Assembly: GCA_045106415.1 (NCBI GenBank)
Contig: JBGCEP010000028.1
Coordinates: 1 to 64,000 of the forward strand
Length of the DNA stretch: 64,000 bases
Source of the DNA: Oligoflexales bacterium
GTDB lineage: Bacteria > Bdellovibrionota_B > Oligoflexia > Oligoflexales > Bog-1112
Direction of reading: 5' to 3'
Under the pieces are notes generated by a model. That model was not told the origin of the DNA. It saw nothing but the letters and a program-made list of their open reading frames with translations, and did no database searches. Shown piece by piece: positions 52,280-62,825 of this stretch. A program made the position numbers and the translations under genes. Each line of letters opens with the position of its first letter. The first letter of the stretch is position 1.

Positions 52280-53294
52280 ACATTTCATAGAAAAATTTTT
52301 AGCGTTCATTTTAGCCTCCATGAGTTTCACATTAGGCCAAGCCGCTGTTCTTGATGATTTAACTCAATCAGCTGATCACGCTATAAATTCTGTCACCTCT
52401 TCCCTAGAAAGTCTTATAGGAAAAAAAGAACACAAAAAAAAAGGCAGAAGAATTGGCTTTCATCATTTCGGTTTTTTTAAATCACATGCCCTGTCCGATC
52501 AAAATAAAATTTCCGCCAAGATTTTTACTTCTCAAAAACAGCTCAATCACTTTTTGCGAAGATTCCAACCTGAAAGTGTCATTCAAAAGCCTATAAACTT
52601 TGAAAAAGAAATGATTCTCGCAGTCGAAACAACAAACCCCCAGAGTTGGGCAATACAAATCAAAAAACTATATTTTCAAGACTATTTTTCATTTAACCTC
52701 CACACAAAAAACATGACAGCAACATGCCACAACATTCAAAGAGCACGAGCACGAGCACATCTCATACGAATCAAGAAACCAAAAGAGAGAATCTTGCAAA
52801 TTAAAAAATTTGAAATGCTTGGAGAAAAAAATGACATAGAATGCCCTCCTCAGGAAGATAGATCGCTACATCAATCTTTCCACCATAGAATACTGATGTA
52901 TTCCAAAACATCCACACAAACGCTGCCTCAACCGTCTTTAAGTGTGCTCTCTTATCAATGGGGGGAATGGGATATTTTCAAAAAAAGACATTGCCCCACA
53001 TGCTCCGTACTCTACGCTCCTGGCCTTCCTAAAACAGCTTCAATCATAGGAGTTATCGATCAAGCCCCACTCTCTAAAGAAACCGGAAGAGCTCAGCTGA
53101 TACTCCATCAATTACAAGCCACTCAAAATAAATGGGTTGTCCACTTAGAGCGCATCATAAATCTATGTCATCGAGCTCCAAGAAACAGTCCTTTAATCGT
53201 TTTTGCAACACCTCCTAACCATTCTATAAAATCTGTTCAGATTGCCTCAGGATTTATTGGCGAGTCTCAAAAAGTTTGCAGCCAAAACCCATAG
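52266..53294 (+). CDS. Hypothetical secreted protein with weak PrcB C-terminal-like motif
   Basis: Signal peptide; PINFEKEMILAV motif. Confidence 0.45.
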   Translation: MKAHKHFIEKFLAFILASMSFTLGQAAVLDDLTQSADHAINSVTSSLESLIGKKEHKKKGRRIGFHHFGFFKSHALSDQNKISAKIFTSQKQLNHFLRRFQPESVIQKPINFEKEMILAVETTNPQSWAIQIKKLYFQDYFSFNLHTKNMTATCHNIQRARARAHLIRIKKPKERILQIKKFEMLGEKNDIECPPQEDRSLHQSFHHRILMYSKTSTQTLPQPSLSVLSYQWGEWDIFKKRHCPTCSVLYAPGLPKTASIIGVIDQAPLSKETGRAQLILHQLQATQNKWVVHLERIINLCHRAPRNSPLIVFATPPNHSIKSVQIASGFIGESQKVCSQNP

Positions 53295-53360
53295 AATAAA
53301 CCTATTGCCACTTTTTCAAATCCTTGCTAACTTTTGAAAAAATTTTCAAAAGGTTTTAAA

Positions 53361-54392
53361 ATGAAACATATATTTTTCTCTATCATTATTTTTATCTCTT
53401 CTTTTCCAACCTTTGCATCACCATTTCTTAAAGTTTGTGAAACCATACGAGAATTTCCGGAATCTTCTTCATTATCTGTAAAAACAACACAAACCTTTTT
53501 AGCACTTGAAAAACTCTCTGAAAAAACAAGCTGTCAAGAAATATGGGATGATCTTCTAGAAAAAGATTATTTAAGTCTTAACTCCAAAGGAATTTCAGAC
53601 TTACAATTATTACAGGGTTTGCAACCTACTTATCTTTTTCTTCAGAACAACCAAATCACATCTCTGTGGGGCTTAGAAAATATGCACTCACTCAGAGTTC
53701 TTTCGCTAGAAAAAAACAACCTTCAAGATATAAGTCTTCTTTCAAACTTAAATCTTTATACTTTAAATGTTGCTCAAAATCCTTTGTCGATCGAAGGCTT
53801 GTTCGCTATTAGTGAAATGCCTTTTTTATTGGACCTCGACTTTACTGGAACCAACGTAGAAGACGATTCTTTAGAGACAATAATGCTTCGAGCAAGAGTT
53901 TTAGAGAATCGCCATCAAAACAAATCTCTACTCAACACACCAACTCTTCAGTGTGAGCGTTTGCAGCAAATCACCATTGCATCACGCTTATGGAACTTTC
54001 CTCAAATACGGCACGATATTGACAATATCACCATTGATGATTGGGATAAGCTCAAACATGAAGAAAAGAACATTTATAATAAAATCAAAGCGACCTGGAT
54101 TGCGAAAAAAATCACACAATCCTTAGCAGAAAAATTTCTTTTACAAACACAAAAATCCACCCTGCCTCTTGCATTAAAAAGTGCTCTTTCTACAGGCCTA
54201 CAGAATCAATCTATTTTATTAGAAAAAATTCTGAGGCACAAAATATCAAATATTGATCTTTCACATACTGACACCAAACTTTTACTTCATAAAATATCCT
54301 TTCATCATCCTCATCCCACAACATTACACAAATTATTACAAAGTATTCTCACTATAATACTCTCTCACACACAGGGTATAGACGAGCATTAA
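53361..54392 (+). CDS. Secreted leucine-rich-repeat (internalin-like) protein
   Basis: Signal peptide; repeated LxLxxNxIxxL units. Confidence 0.8.
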   Translation: MKHIFFSIIIFISSFPTFASPFLKVCETIREFPESSSLSVKTTQTFLALEKLSEKTSCQEIWDDLLEKDYLSLNSKGISDLQLLQGLQPTYLFLQNNQITSLWGLENMHSLRVLSLEKNNLQDISLLSNLNLYTLNVAQNPLSIEGLFAISEMPFLLDLDFTGTNVEDDSLETIMLRARVLENRHQNKSLLNTPTLQCERLQQITIASRLWNFPQIRHDIDNITIDDWDKLKHEEKNIYNKIKATWIAKKITQSLAEKFLLQTQKSTLPLALKSALSTGLQNQSILLEKILRHKISNIDLSHTDTKLLLHKISFHHPHPTTLHKLLQSILTIILSHTQGIDEH

Positions 54393-54456
54393 AACACTCT
54401 CTCAATCTCATTTTTCTCCATTGTTGTTTTTCTTACTCATCAAAGGAGAAGACGCT

Positions 54457-54726
54457 ATGATTCAATTTCAAAGCCTTTGTCACAAGTTGATGAAAATGAT
54501 CTTTCTGCTTTTTTTTCAAGAAATCAACACTCCTATTAGACCTTGCAATTTATATGGGTCCCAAGAAAACATGATTCGAAAAAAAGTTAAAAAACGACTT
54601 CAGCAGATTCAAAATGATTTTCCTTCAATTCAACAAAGCCTCATGACTGCTCAAAAAAATATTCGCGCATCACAGCTTGCCGACATCAAGCACTGGAAAC
54701 ACCAAATTGGAAGCAAAGATCGTTAA
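54457..54726 (+). CDS. Hypothetical small protein
   Basis: AAGGAG SD before ATG 54457. Confidence 0.4.
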   Translation: MIQFQSLCHKLMKMIFLLFFQEINTPIRPCNLYGSQENMIRKKVKKRLQQIQNDFPSIQQSLMTAQKNIRASQLADIKHWKHQIGSKDR

Positions 54727-54821
54727 AATAAAAAGTGATCCTCACAGCTCTCAGCAGAGCAACCATTGAAAGCTATATAAACAACTGATATGTTGTTATT
54801 TATCTAAATCTTCTTATAAGG

Positions 54822-55871
54822 TTGCTGCTTATGCAATCCTCAGAACTCAGAGCACAAAGTGTATGTTTATTCATCATAGCAACCATGTGCGTTGCAACGA
54901 GCTTGATCTTTTTAAGATCAATGATGATCCCTTTTGTTATTTCCATCTTTTTATTCCTGCTTTTAACACCACTTCTTCGTTATCTTAGAATCAGCTTAAA
55001 TCTAGGACAAGTCACATCATTAGCAATCACTTTCCTCGGTGTGAGCTGCATCACGCTCATTCTTGTCTTATTTGGTGTCTACTCTGTACAAAATGTTTTG
55101 TTTGATACAGAAATATACCAATCAAAGCTCAATGACTTTCTGCCTAAAATCCAAGAAATGCTCAATGATTCTCCTCTCGCAGCCAAGCTCGACATCAAGT
55201 CGATACAAGCACAGCTTGACCAACTCCCTTTATGGGGAATTGCGCAAAGCTTAGCGAGTAGCTTTGCTAAAATTCTAAGCAACGCTCTTATTATTGTTAT
55301 TTTCTTACTTTTCTTATTGGCAGGCTATATTCCTACAAGTGAAAAATCACCAGTCTATGAAGAGATCACAGCTAAGATTCAAAGATATATTACAACAAAG
55401 CTCTTAACCTCACTTGTGACAGCGCTCTGTGTTGGAACTATTTATAACTTCTTAGGTATGGACCTTGCTTTTACATTTGGTCTTGTTGCATTTCTTCTCA
55501 ACTTTATACCCTCGCTGGGCTCTATCGTTGCGACTTTAATTCCTTTACCTATTGCATTTTTGCAATTTGGGTTTACAAGTCCATTTTGGATTTGCCTTTC
55601 AATTCCTTCTGCTATTCAAATCACGATCGGTAACATCATTGAGCCTAAAATGATGGGTGACAGCCTTGGCCTACATCCAGTTTCTATTTTAACAGCTCTT
55701 ATGTTTTGGGGAGCTATTTGGGGATTTACAGGCATGTTTCTCGCAGTGCCTATGACATCATGCCTTCAGATTGTCATGGAACAAATCCCTCTAACTCGCC
55801 CTCTAGCATCTATTTTATCTGGAAAATTTGATAATTTGCTTCCTGTTTATACAACAGAAGAAAACTCATAA
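54822..55871 (+). CDS. AI-2E family transporter
   Basis: Multi-[38 protein letters not shown]. Confidence 0.9.
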   Translation: MLLMQSSELRAQSVCLFIIATMCVATSLIFLRSMMIPFVISIFLFLLLTPLLRYLRISLNLGQVTSLAITFLGVSCITLILVLFGVYSVQNVLFDTEIYQSKLNDFLPKIQEMLNDSPLAAKLDIKSIQAQLDQLPLWGIAQSLASSFAKILSNALIIVIFLLFLLAGYIPTSEKSPVYEEITAKIQRYITTKLLTSLVTALCVGTIYNFLGMDLAFTFGLVAFLLNFIPSLGSIVATLIPLPIAFLQFGFTSPFWICLSIPSAIQITIGNIIEPKMMGDSLGLHPVSILTALMFWGAIWGFTGMFLAVPMTSCLQIVMEQIPLTRPLASILSGKFDNLLPVYTTEENS

Positions 55872-55882
55872 AAGGACTTCAA

Positions 55883-57583
55883 ATGAAACGCACATTCTCA
55901 AAAAAAACACAGGAATTCTTGGAACAATATGCTTCTCACCCTCACTACAAAGCTCCTACTGGTACAACTCTTCACGCAAAATCATGGCAAACAGAGGCAC
56001 CTTTAAGGATGCTCTTGAATAACCTCGATCAAGAAGTCGCTGAAGACCCCAAAAACCTCATTGTATACGGAGGGACTGGTCAAGCAGCACGATCTCAAGA
56101 AGCTCTCCACGACATCATAGAAGCTTTACTAGAGCTTGATAACAACCATAGTATTCTTGTCCAATCAGGTAAATATGTTGGCAGAGTCAGAACTCACCCA
56201 GAGTCCCCTAGGGTTTTTATTGCAAATAGCAATTTAGTTCCTCACTGGGGCAACTGGGAGCATTTTCATAAGCTTTACGAGCAAGGGCTTATGATGTACG
56301 GACAGATGACAGCAGGTAGCTGGATCTACATTGGGACACAAGGAATTCTTCAAGGTACGTATGAGACTTTCGCAGCAGCTGCTCGCCAAGAGTTTGGGGG
56401 TACACTCGAAGGAAAATTAGTCGTCACAGGCGGCTTGGGAGGAATGGGAGGAGCTCAACCACTTGCTGTCACTATGAACAGCGGGGTTTGTCTGGCTGTT
56501 GACATTGATCCAGAACGCATTCAAAAACGACTTGATACCCGCTATATTGATCGTATGACTGATCACTATGAAACTGCAATTCAATGGTCACTAGAAGCTC
56601 AAAAGAATAAAAAGCCGCTTGCTATTGGCTTAGTTGGAAATATTACAGACGTTCTTTGCAATCTTATTAAAGATGGTATCACCCCTGATTTAGCAACTGA
56701 CCAAACTTCTGCCCACGACCCTATCTATGGCTACGTTCCACAAAACCTTAGTTTACAAGACGCTGTATCACTGCGAGAAACAGACCCTCAATCTTATAAG
56801 CAAAAATCTATTCACAGCATGGCTGAACACGTCAATGCTCTTCTCACTTTAAAAAAGAAGGGAAGTATTGTTTTTGATTACGGCAATAACCTCCGTGAGT
56901 TTGCAAAACAAGGTGGTGCAGAGCGTGCTTTCGACATTCCTGGTTTTGTTCCGGAGTATATTCGACCTCTTTTTTGTGAAGGACAAGGCCCTTTTCGATG
57001 GGTCGCTTTATCTGGAGACCCTTCAGATATTCACACAACTGATCAAGCTCTTTTAGATCTTTTTCCTGAAAACAAACACCTCAAAAACTGGTTAGCAAAA
57101 GCTCATAATCAAATTGAATTTCAAGGCCTTCCTGCCCGTATCTGCTGGTTAGGAATGGGTGATAGAGAAAAAGCTGGTGTACGATTTAACCAACTTGTTG
57201 CAGAAGGTAAACTCAAAGCACCGATCGTGATCGGTAGAGACCACCTCGACACAGGCTCTGTTGCATCTCCTTTTCGTGAAACAGAAGGTATGAAAGATGG
57301 AAGCGACGCTGTCTCTGACTGGCCTCTTTTAAACCTCATGAGCAACTGTGGTGGAGGGGCCACGTGGGTCTCATTTCACCATGGTGGAGGAGTCGGTATG
57401 GGTTATTCACAACACGCCGGAATGGTCACTGTAGCTGATGGATCTTTTCGTGCTGAACAGTGTCTCAAAAGAGTTTTGCATAACGATCCAGCAATGGGAA
57501 TCGTAAGACATGCAGACGCAGGCTATGATACCGCCCTTCAATACCAAAAAGACTTTCAACTCAAAGAGTGGGCTGATTCATGA
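55883..57583 (+). CDS. hutU: Urocanate hydratase
   Basis: [39 protein letters not shown]. Confidence 0.97.
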   Translation: MKRTFSKKTQEFLEQYASHPHYKAPTGTTLHAKSWQTEAPLRMLLNNLDQEVAEDPKNLIVYGGTGQAARSQEALHDIIEALLELDNNHSILVQSGKYVGRVRTHPESPRVFIANSNLVPHWGNWEHFHKLYEQGLMMYGQMTAGSWIYIGTQGILQGTYETFAAAARQEFGGTLEGKLVVTGGLGGMGGAQPLAVTMNSGVCLAVDIDPERIQKRLDTRYIDRMTDHYETAIQWSLEAQKNKKPLAIGLVGNITDVLCNLIKDGITPDLATDQTSAHDPIYGYVPQNLSLQDAVSLRETDPQSYKQKSIHSMAEHVNALLTLKKKGSIVFDYGNNLREFAKQGGAERAFDIPGFVPEYIRPLFCEGQGPFRWVALSGDPSDIHTTDQALLDLFPENKHLKNWLAKAHNQIEFQGLPARICWLGMGDREKAGVRFNQLVAEGKLKAPIVIGRDHLDTGSVASPFRETEGMKDGSDAVSDWPLLNLMSNCGGGATWVSFHHGGGVGMGYSQHAGMVTVADGSFRAEQCLKRVLHNDPAMGIVRHADAGYDTALQYQKDFQLKEWADS

Positions 57584-58794
57584 AAGTTATTGGACCTTTT
57601 TCTGAACTTCTCACGATGAATAACCTTCCCGCAAGTGGTCCCATAAGTGACGACAAACTCGAAGTGGCGAAAGACGTTGGAGTCCTAGTTCATAACGGCA
57701 GAATTGTTGAAATAGACTGTTTTTATAAACTTACAAAACAGCATTCACACATCGAAGAACTTCCACCACAAAGCACAGGGACTCCTGGTTTTATTGATAG
57801 CCATACTCACATTTGTTTTTCTGGCCGTCGAGAAAAGGACTATGCTCGGCGATTGCGTGGTGATACCTATCTCGACATAGCGAAAGCCGGTGGTGGTATT
57901 CAAAGTACAGTTCAAGCCACTCGAAAAGCAACAGAAGACGAACTCTTACAGAGCCTCTTAAAAAGGCTTTCCATCCAAATCAAACATGGCGTAACAACCT
58001 GTGAGGTTAAAAGCGGCTACGGTCTTTCCATTGAATCTGAAATGAAGATGCTGCAAACCATTGCACGAGCACAGCAAAGATCACCAGCGAAAATCGTTTC
58101 AACTTGCTTAGCCGCTCACACTTTACCCCCTGAATTTACAAACAAACAAGAATATCTTCAATTTTTAACAGCAGAATTATTGCCAAAAATTCAACATGAT
58201 AATTTAACAAAACGCATTGATATTTTTATTGAAGAAAGCGCTTTTTCTACTTCTGAGGCGATTCCATATCTTACAGCAGCCAAAGCAATGGGATTTTCTA
58301 TTGTCATACACGCGGACCAATTTAGCCGCGCAGGCTCACAGGTTGCAGCTCAGCTCAATGCACTAAGCGCGGATCATTTAGAGGCATCAGAAGATGAAGA
58401 TTTTAAGAACTTAAAAAAAGCGAATGTCATTCCCATTCTTGTCCCTGGCGCATGCTTTGGCCTTGGACTTCCACTCCCAGAAGCAAGAAAAATTCTTAAC
58501 CATGGTTTAGCCCTCGTCATCGCATCAGATTGGAACCCTGGGAGCGCTCCTATGGGAAACCTTCTTTTACAAGCTGCTGTTTTAGGCTGTCAGCAAAAAA
58601 TGACAATAGCAGAAACTTTTGCTGCCATTACATATCGAGCAGCGAAAGCTTTAGAAGTTGAGCAAGGAATCTTAACCGTTGGAAAAGTCGCAGATATTAA
58701 TGTATTCCCAACAGATAACCACCAAGATATTCTTTATCATCAGGGCATGATGCAGCCTTCTCATGTTTTTACCAACGGAGAAAATCACCTATGA
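57580..58794 (+). CDS. hutI: Imidazolonepropionase
   Basis: [42 protein letters not shown]. Confidence 0.95.
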   Translation: MKVIGPFSELLTMNNLPASGPISDDKLEVAKDVGVLVHNGRIVEIDCFYKLTKQHSHIEELPPQSTGTPGFIDSHTHICFSGRREKDYARRLRGDTYLDIAKAGGGIQSTVQATRKATEDELLQSLLKRLSIQIKHGVTTCEVKSGYGLSIESEMKMLQTIARAQQRSPAKIVSTCLAAHTLPPEFTNKQEYLQFLTAELLPKIQHDNLTKRIDIFIEESAFSTSEAIPYLTAAKAMGFSIVIHADQFSRAGSQVAAQLNALSADHLEASEDEDFKNLKKANVIPILVPGACFGLGLPLPEARKILNHGLALVIASDWNPGSAPMGNLLLQAAVLGCQQKMTIAETFAAITYRAAKALEVEQGILTVGKVADINVFPTDNHQDILYHQGMMQPSHVFTNGENHL

Positions 58795-59756
58795 GCCCTC
58801 TATGGCATCAATTTTATAAACCTTCTCAATTGAGGGGATGGTCACGACGGAAAGACGAACTTCAAAACGAGCGCTTAGGTGATTCAACTGCTTTCTTCGA
58901 CATGACAACCACCCATCATTCCTCTTTTTCCTCTCAGAAAATTGGGATCATAGGCTTCGAGTGTGACGAAGGTGTTTCTAGAAATCAAGGGCGCACTGGA
59001 GCTGCCCAAGGGCCACAAATTCTTCGCCCTTTTCTCTACAACCTCCCTATTCACAAACCACGAGATCTTATCGATTGCGGTAATATTACTTGCCAAAATA
59101 AAAACTTAGAAGCTGCTCAGGCGGCCCTTAGCCAAGCTGTTCAGCATATGCATCAAAACAACATTCTTCCTTGTGTCATCGGTGGAGGCCACGAGACAGC
59201 TTGGGGTCATTTTCAAGGAATTCAAGCTACGCATTCTGAAAAAAAAATTGGCATTATTAATTTTGACGCACATTTTGACATCCGAGCGTTACACCAGAGG
59301 CAAGGTCACTCTGGCACTCCTTTTTTACAAATTCAAGAACTTTTACAAAGCAAAAATAAAAATTTTTCTTATATGTGTTTAGGTATTCAGGAAAGTTCCA
59401 ACACACAATCGCTTTTTCAAAAAGCAACACAATTAAATATTCAATATACCCTTGCCCATGAATTTGAAAATCTTTGTTTTCATAATTTAAATCAATTTAT
59501 AAAATCTTGTGATGGAATCTATTTATCAATTTGTCTTGATGTTTTCAATGCAGCTAATGCCCCTGGGGTCAGCTCTCCGCAACCCTTTGGGGTGCAACCA
59601 TCATCATTTCTAAAAGTGCTACGACATATTCTAGAACAATCAATTTTATTTGGAGTTGATATCGTCGAATTATCACCTAAACACGACACCAACAATCTCA
59701 CAGCAAAACTTGCAAGTCAGATATTCTACAACATCTTTCATTTTATGAATAGTTAA
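58791..59756 (+). CDS. hutG: Formimidoylglutamase
   Basis: DEGV.RN.GR.GA..GP, GGGHETAW, NFDAHFD, SGTPF.Q, APGVS. Confidence 0.92.
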   Translation: MSPLWHQFYKPSQLRGWSRRKDELQNERLGDSTAFFDMTTTHHSSFSSQKIGIIGFECDEGVSRNQGRTGAAQGPQILRPFLYNLPIHKPRDLIDCGNITCQNKNLEAAQAALSQAVQHMHQNNILPCVIGGGHETAWGHFQGIQATHSEKKIGIINFDAHFDIRALHQRQGHSGTPFLQIQELLQSKNKNFSYMCLGIQESSNTQSLFQKATQLNIQYTLAHEFENLCFHNLNQFIKSCDGIYLSICLDVFNAANAPGVSSPQPFGVQPSSFLKVLRHILEQSILFGVDIVELSPKHDTNNLTAKLASQIFYNIFHFMNS

Positions 59757-60049
59757 TTTTATTACCACAAAAGTTAACTTATCATAAAATTTACAGCTAT
59801 TGACCTCACTTTAAAAACAACAAATAGCTTGATAACGATAAAAAATTTTGAATTTTTAATAAAGTAAATTTCTTTAAAAAAAATTTATTCAAATAAAAAA
59901 ATATAAAGAAATATAAAAACCTTTATATTAAGAAAGATAGCTATAAAAAAATTCCCGCCGATTATTTTATCTATTAAAAAACATGAATCTTCAATAAAAA
60001 TAACAATAAACCCGATAGCCTCAATAGAAGACATAGAGTTGAGGTTTAC

Positions 60050-61204
60050 ATGAAAATTCTTATTTTAGATGATCAGAAATATTACCTTGAGTCTCTTGTC
60101 GATGGTTTAAATGATCTTAACATTGAAATACAAACAACAACAGATCCAAAAAAAGCTTTGAAATTGGTTAAACAACACTCCCAAGATTATGCTGTTTTAT
60201 TAATAGATATCAATATGCCTATTATGAATGGTTTTGAAGTCATACAAAAAATAAATAATTTATCACTAGAATATTACCCTCCTGCTATTTTTTTAACCGC
60301 TGTTCATAATAATCAACAAAATATTCATTATGGCTACAGTAATGGAGCAGTAGACTACTTATTAAAACCCGTGGATTTATTTATCCTTCAATCAAAAATT
60401 TCTATCTTTACAAAACTTTATAAAAGTAGAAATGAAAACAATTTGTTAAATCAACAGTTATCACAAAAAATTTCTGAGCTTGAAAATGCAAATAAAAATC
60501 TACGATCATTTTCTTCTGTCGTAGCAAATGATTTAAAAACTCATGTCCGACAAATCTATAGTTTTAGCGAAATTATGCTGAATAAGAATTTAAAAAAAGA
60601 ATGTTCACTTGATTATTTATCCCGAATTCAACAATGCACATCTCAAATTAAACGAATTATTCATTCTATCAGCATCTTTAGTCAGTATGGATTAGAAAAT
60701 ATTGATAAAAAAACTTCTCACTCTGAAGAAGTCATACAAGAAGGAAAAAAATTTATTCAAAAAGAAATCAATAAATTTGATGTGGAAATAAATATTTCAA
60801 ATCATAGTTATCTTTATTGTGACAAAGAAAAAATGTCTATTGTTTTTCAGAACATCATACAAAATGCTATAAAATATAAAAATCCGAAAAATTCTCCGGT
60901 AATCAACATAAACATTCAACAAGAACCAAAAAAAACAACCATATCATTTACAGATAATGGATTAGGTATCCCAGAAAATAAAACAAAAGAAATATTTAAA
61001 TTTATGGAAAGATTTCATAATCCAGAAAAAATTCCAGGATCTGGCACGGGTTTAACAATATGTGAGCATATTGTTTCAATGCATGGTGGACATATTTGGG
61101 TAGAGTCAGAGCTTAATCATGGAAGTACTTTTTTCATTACCCTTCCAAAGCATCAAGAAAATATTTTGCTTGATAGCAAAAAGCCATCAAGCAAAATAGA
61201 CTAG
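60050..61204 (+). CDS. REC-HisKA-HATPase hybrid kinase with non-canonical H-box
   Basis: Intact REC (DD, D, T, KP); ANDLKTHV in place of SHDLKxP; NAIKY, DNGLGI, GSGTGL. Confidence 0.85.
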   Translation: MKILILDDQKYYLESLVDGLNDLNIEIQTTTDPKKALKLVKQHSQDYAVLLIDINMPIMNGFEVIQKINNLSLEYYPPAIFLTAVHNNQQNIHYGYSNGAVDYLLKPVDLFILQSKISIFTKLYKSRNENNLLNQQLSQKISELENANKNLRSFSSVVANDLKTHVRQIYSFSEIMLNKNLKKECSLDYLSRIQQCTSQIKRIIHSISIFSQYGLENIDKKTSHSEEVIQEGKKFIQKEINKFDVEINISNHSYLYCDKEKMSIVFQNIIQNAIKYKNPKNSPVININIQQEPKKTTISFTDNGLGIPENKTKEIFKFMERFHNPEKIPGSGTGLTICEHIVSMHGGHIWVESELNHGSTFFITLPKHQENILLDSKKPSSKID

Positions 61205-61344
61205 TTACAATGATCATCGCACTCTTCACAACAATCACAACTTGCATATTCGCAGGTGTCACACCCGCAATGAGTAACAGAAAATCCTGGGTTCGCAGGG
61301 ACCATTAACGCGACCAACGATAGTTTTTTCAAAAGGTTCTTCAT
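61201..61344 (-). CDS. Unannotated 47-aa signal-peptide + Cys-rich metallothionein-like peptide
   Basis: MKNLLKKLSLVALMVPANPGFSVTHCGCDTCEYASCDCCEECDDHCN; GAGGAG SD 6 nt upstream; 8 Cys and 2 His in the last 23 aa. Confidence 0.78.
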   Translation of the reverse strand: MKNLLKKLSLVALMVPANPGFSVTHCGCDTCEYASCDCCEECDDHCN

Positions 61345-61403
61345 CTCAAACTCCTCTAAATAAATTATTTATAAACCTTCTCACTCAAAGGCTTTTCATG
61401 AAC

Positions 61404-61433
61404 TATACTCAAATGATGACGAAAGTGTGACAT
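61404..61433 (-). promoter_or_regulatory. Putative ECF-sigma promoter, copy 1
   Basis: Minus strand ATGTCACA-N17-GTATA, identical to copy 2. Confidence 0.65.
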
Positions 61434-61439
61434 AGTGAC

Positions 61440-61934
61440 TCATAAAAATTTAAATCTCGCTTTAACAGCTTCATCTAAAAGAACTCCCCACGACTTAAAG
61501 CTTATATAAGCACTTAATGACCACATGAAAACATGCGGAACATCATTCATAACAGATCCGTTCATGTAAATTAAAAAAGCAAAAAAATTTAAAAATATAA
61601 AGAGAATAAAATGATAACTCCATATCACATGGCGGAATAAAAAACGGGAACAGATCCCTTTCAGTATCACGATAGGGGCCAATGTAAAAATCATTCCGCA
61701 CAAAATAGAGCAGCGGATAGATCCATACCTAGAATGAACCATATGCATCGTATCTTGTGCCATACGACTTAGCCCAAGACCAAATTGTCCACAAAAAATC
61801 ATAGATAAAAAGCCACCAAGAAAAATAGATAAACCTAGGCGCCATGTCACAGACCAAACACTAGGGTGCAGGTCTTGATGCACATACTTATAAATTTCTT
61901 CAACTTTAGTTTGATCAATTTTAGGAGCAACCAT
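61440..61934 (-). CDS. Four-TM membrane protein with Cys/His/Met cluster, candidate anti-sigma factor
   Basis: CGQFG, MHMVH, CSILCG; divergent from csoR-ECF sigma. Confidence 0.55.
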   Translation of the reverse strand: MVAPKIDQTKVEEIYKYVHQDLHPSVWSVTWRLGLSIFLGGFLSMIFCGQFGLGLSRMAQDTMHMVHSRYGSIRCSILCGMIFTLAPIVILKGICSRFLFRHVIWSYHFILFIFLNFFAFLIYMNGSVMNDVPHVFMWSLSAYISFKSWGVLLDEAVKARFKFL

Positions 61935-61959
61935 AATTTATCCTAGATGATTCTAAATA

Positions 61960-61989
61960 TATACACTCATCGCTCAAAATTTGTGACAT
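61960..61989 (-). promoter_or_regulatory. Putative ECF-sigma promoter, copy 2
   Basis: Minus strand ATGTCACA-N17-GTATA, 25 nt upstream of ATG 61934. Confidence 0.65.
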
Positions 61990-62001
61990 TTGACAAAAAC
62001 T

Positions 62002-62031
62002 TTGACCCACCATACCCCCCAGGGGTATATT
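62002..62031 (+). promoter_or_regulatory. sigma70 promoter with CsoR/RcnR operator in the spacer
   Basis: TTGACC-N18-TATATT enclosing ATACCCCCCAGGGGTAT (62012-62028). Confidence 0.8.
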
Positions 62032-62037
62032 GTTATC

Positions 62038-62319
62038 ATGGATAAAAATGTATTTGCAAAAAAAACATCAGCAAGATTAAACCGAGCACTAGGTCAAGTC
62101 AAAGCAATTGGCAGCATGATTGAGAATGATGATTATTGTATTCATATCATCAGGCAAATTCGCGCTGCTAAATCAGCTTTAAATGCTCTTGAGCTTCTTT
62201 TACTAAATAGGCACATGCAAACTTGTGTTCGCACAGCATTTCAGCATGAAGATCCCGTCACCTCAGAAGAAAAAATTGATGAAATCATTTCTCTACTTAA
62301 AGAAGCACGAAAGTCATGA
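62038..62319 (+). CDS. csoR: CsoR-family metal-sensing repressor
   Basis: RL.R..GQV..I..M, DYC...I.QI.A, H...CV (Cys-His-Cys ligand set); start at ATG 62038. Confidence 0.88.
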   Translation: MDKNVFAKKTSARLNRALGQVKAIGSMIENDDYCIHIIRQIRAAKSALNALELLLLNRHMQTCVRTAFQHEDPVTSEEKIDEIISLLKEARKS

Positions 62320-62825
62320 ATAAAAAAAACTGCACGAACGAAGATCTTTTAAGGTTTTATTCTCAAGGAGATTTTGCGAGTTTTGATATTTTTTTCAAAA
62401 GAAACAGTCATATGATTTTTATGTTTATCTTCAGCAGAAGTGGAAATAAAGCTGACTCAGAAGATATTCTCCAAGAAACATTTTTTAAAATCCATAAGTA
62501 TATTCACACATTTAACCCAGAAAAAAATGCATTGAATTGGGTTTTCACAATCGCTATGAACACTCTTATCACACACCATAAATCTCGAAACAAACACCTA
62601 CCTCACTTTGATGAAATAAGTGCATCTTCTCCACACAGTCAAATTGAAGCTCGCAATGAATTACAAAAAATATTGGCAACATTATCTCATCACGAATCTT
62701 CTTTAATCATAGAAAAATTCCTTCTTGGAAAAGACTCTCATGAGATGAGTGAAACTTTTAAATCACCTGCTCCAAATATTCGAAAAAAATTATCTCGCCT
62801 TCTACAAAAAATCAGGTACTCATAA
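62316..62825 (+). CDS. ECF RNA polymerase sigma factor
   Basis: Region 2 DSEDILQETF...WVFTIAMN and region 4 HTH; ATGA-coupled to csoR. Confidence 0.9.
   Translation: MNKKNCTNEDLLRFYSQGDFASFDIFFKRNSHMIFMFIFSRSGNKADSEDILQETFFKIHKYIHTFNPEKNALNWVFTIAMNTLITHHKSRNKHLPHFDEISASSPHSQIEARNELQKILATLSHHESSLIIEKFLLGKDSHEMSETFKSPAPNIRKKLSRLLQKIRYS

Noticed and set aside
59757..60049. Very AT-rich intergenic tract as an ncRNA or repeat array
   Set aside because: No periodic repeat or stable structure seen; consistent with a promoter region
61990..62037. TTG-started N-terminal extension of CsoR in the ORF track
   Set aside because: It runs through the promoter and operator; family similarity begins at Met 62038
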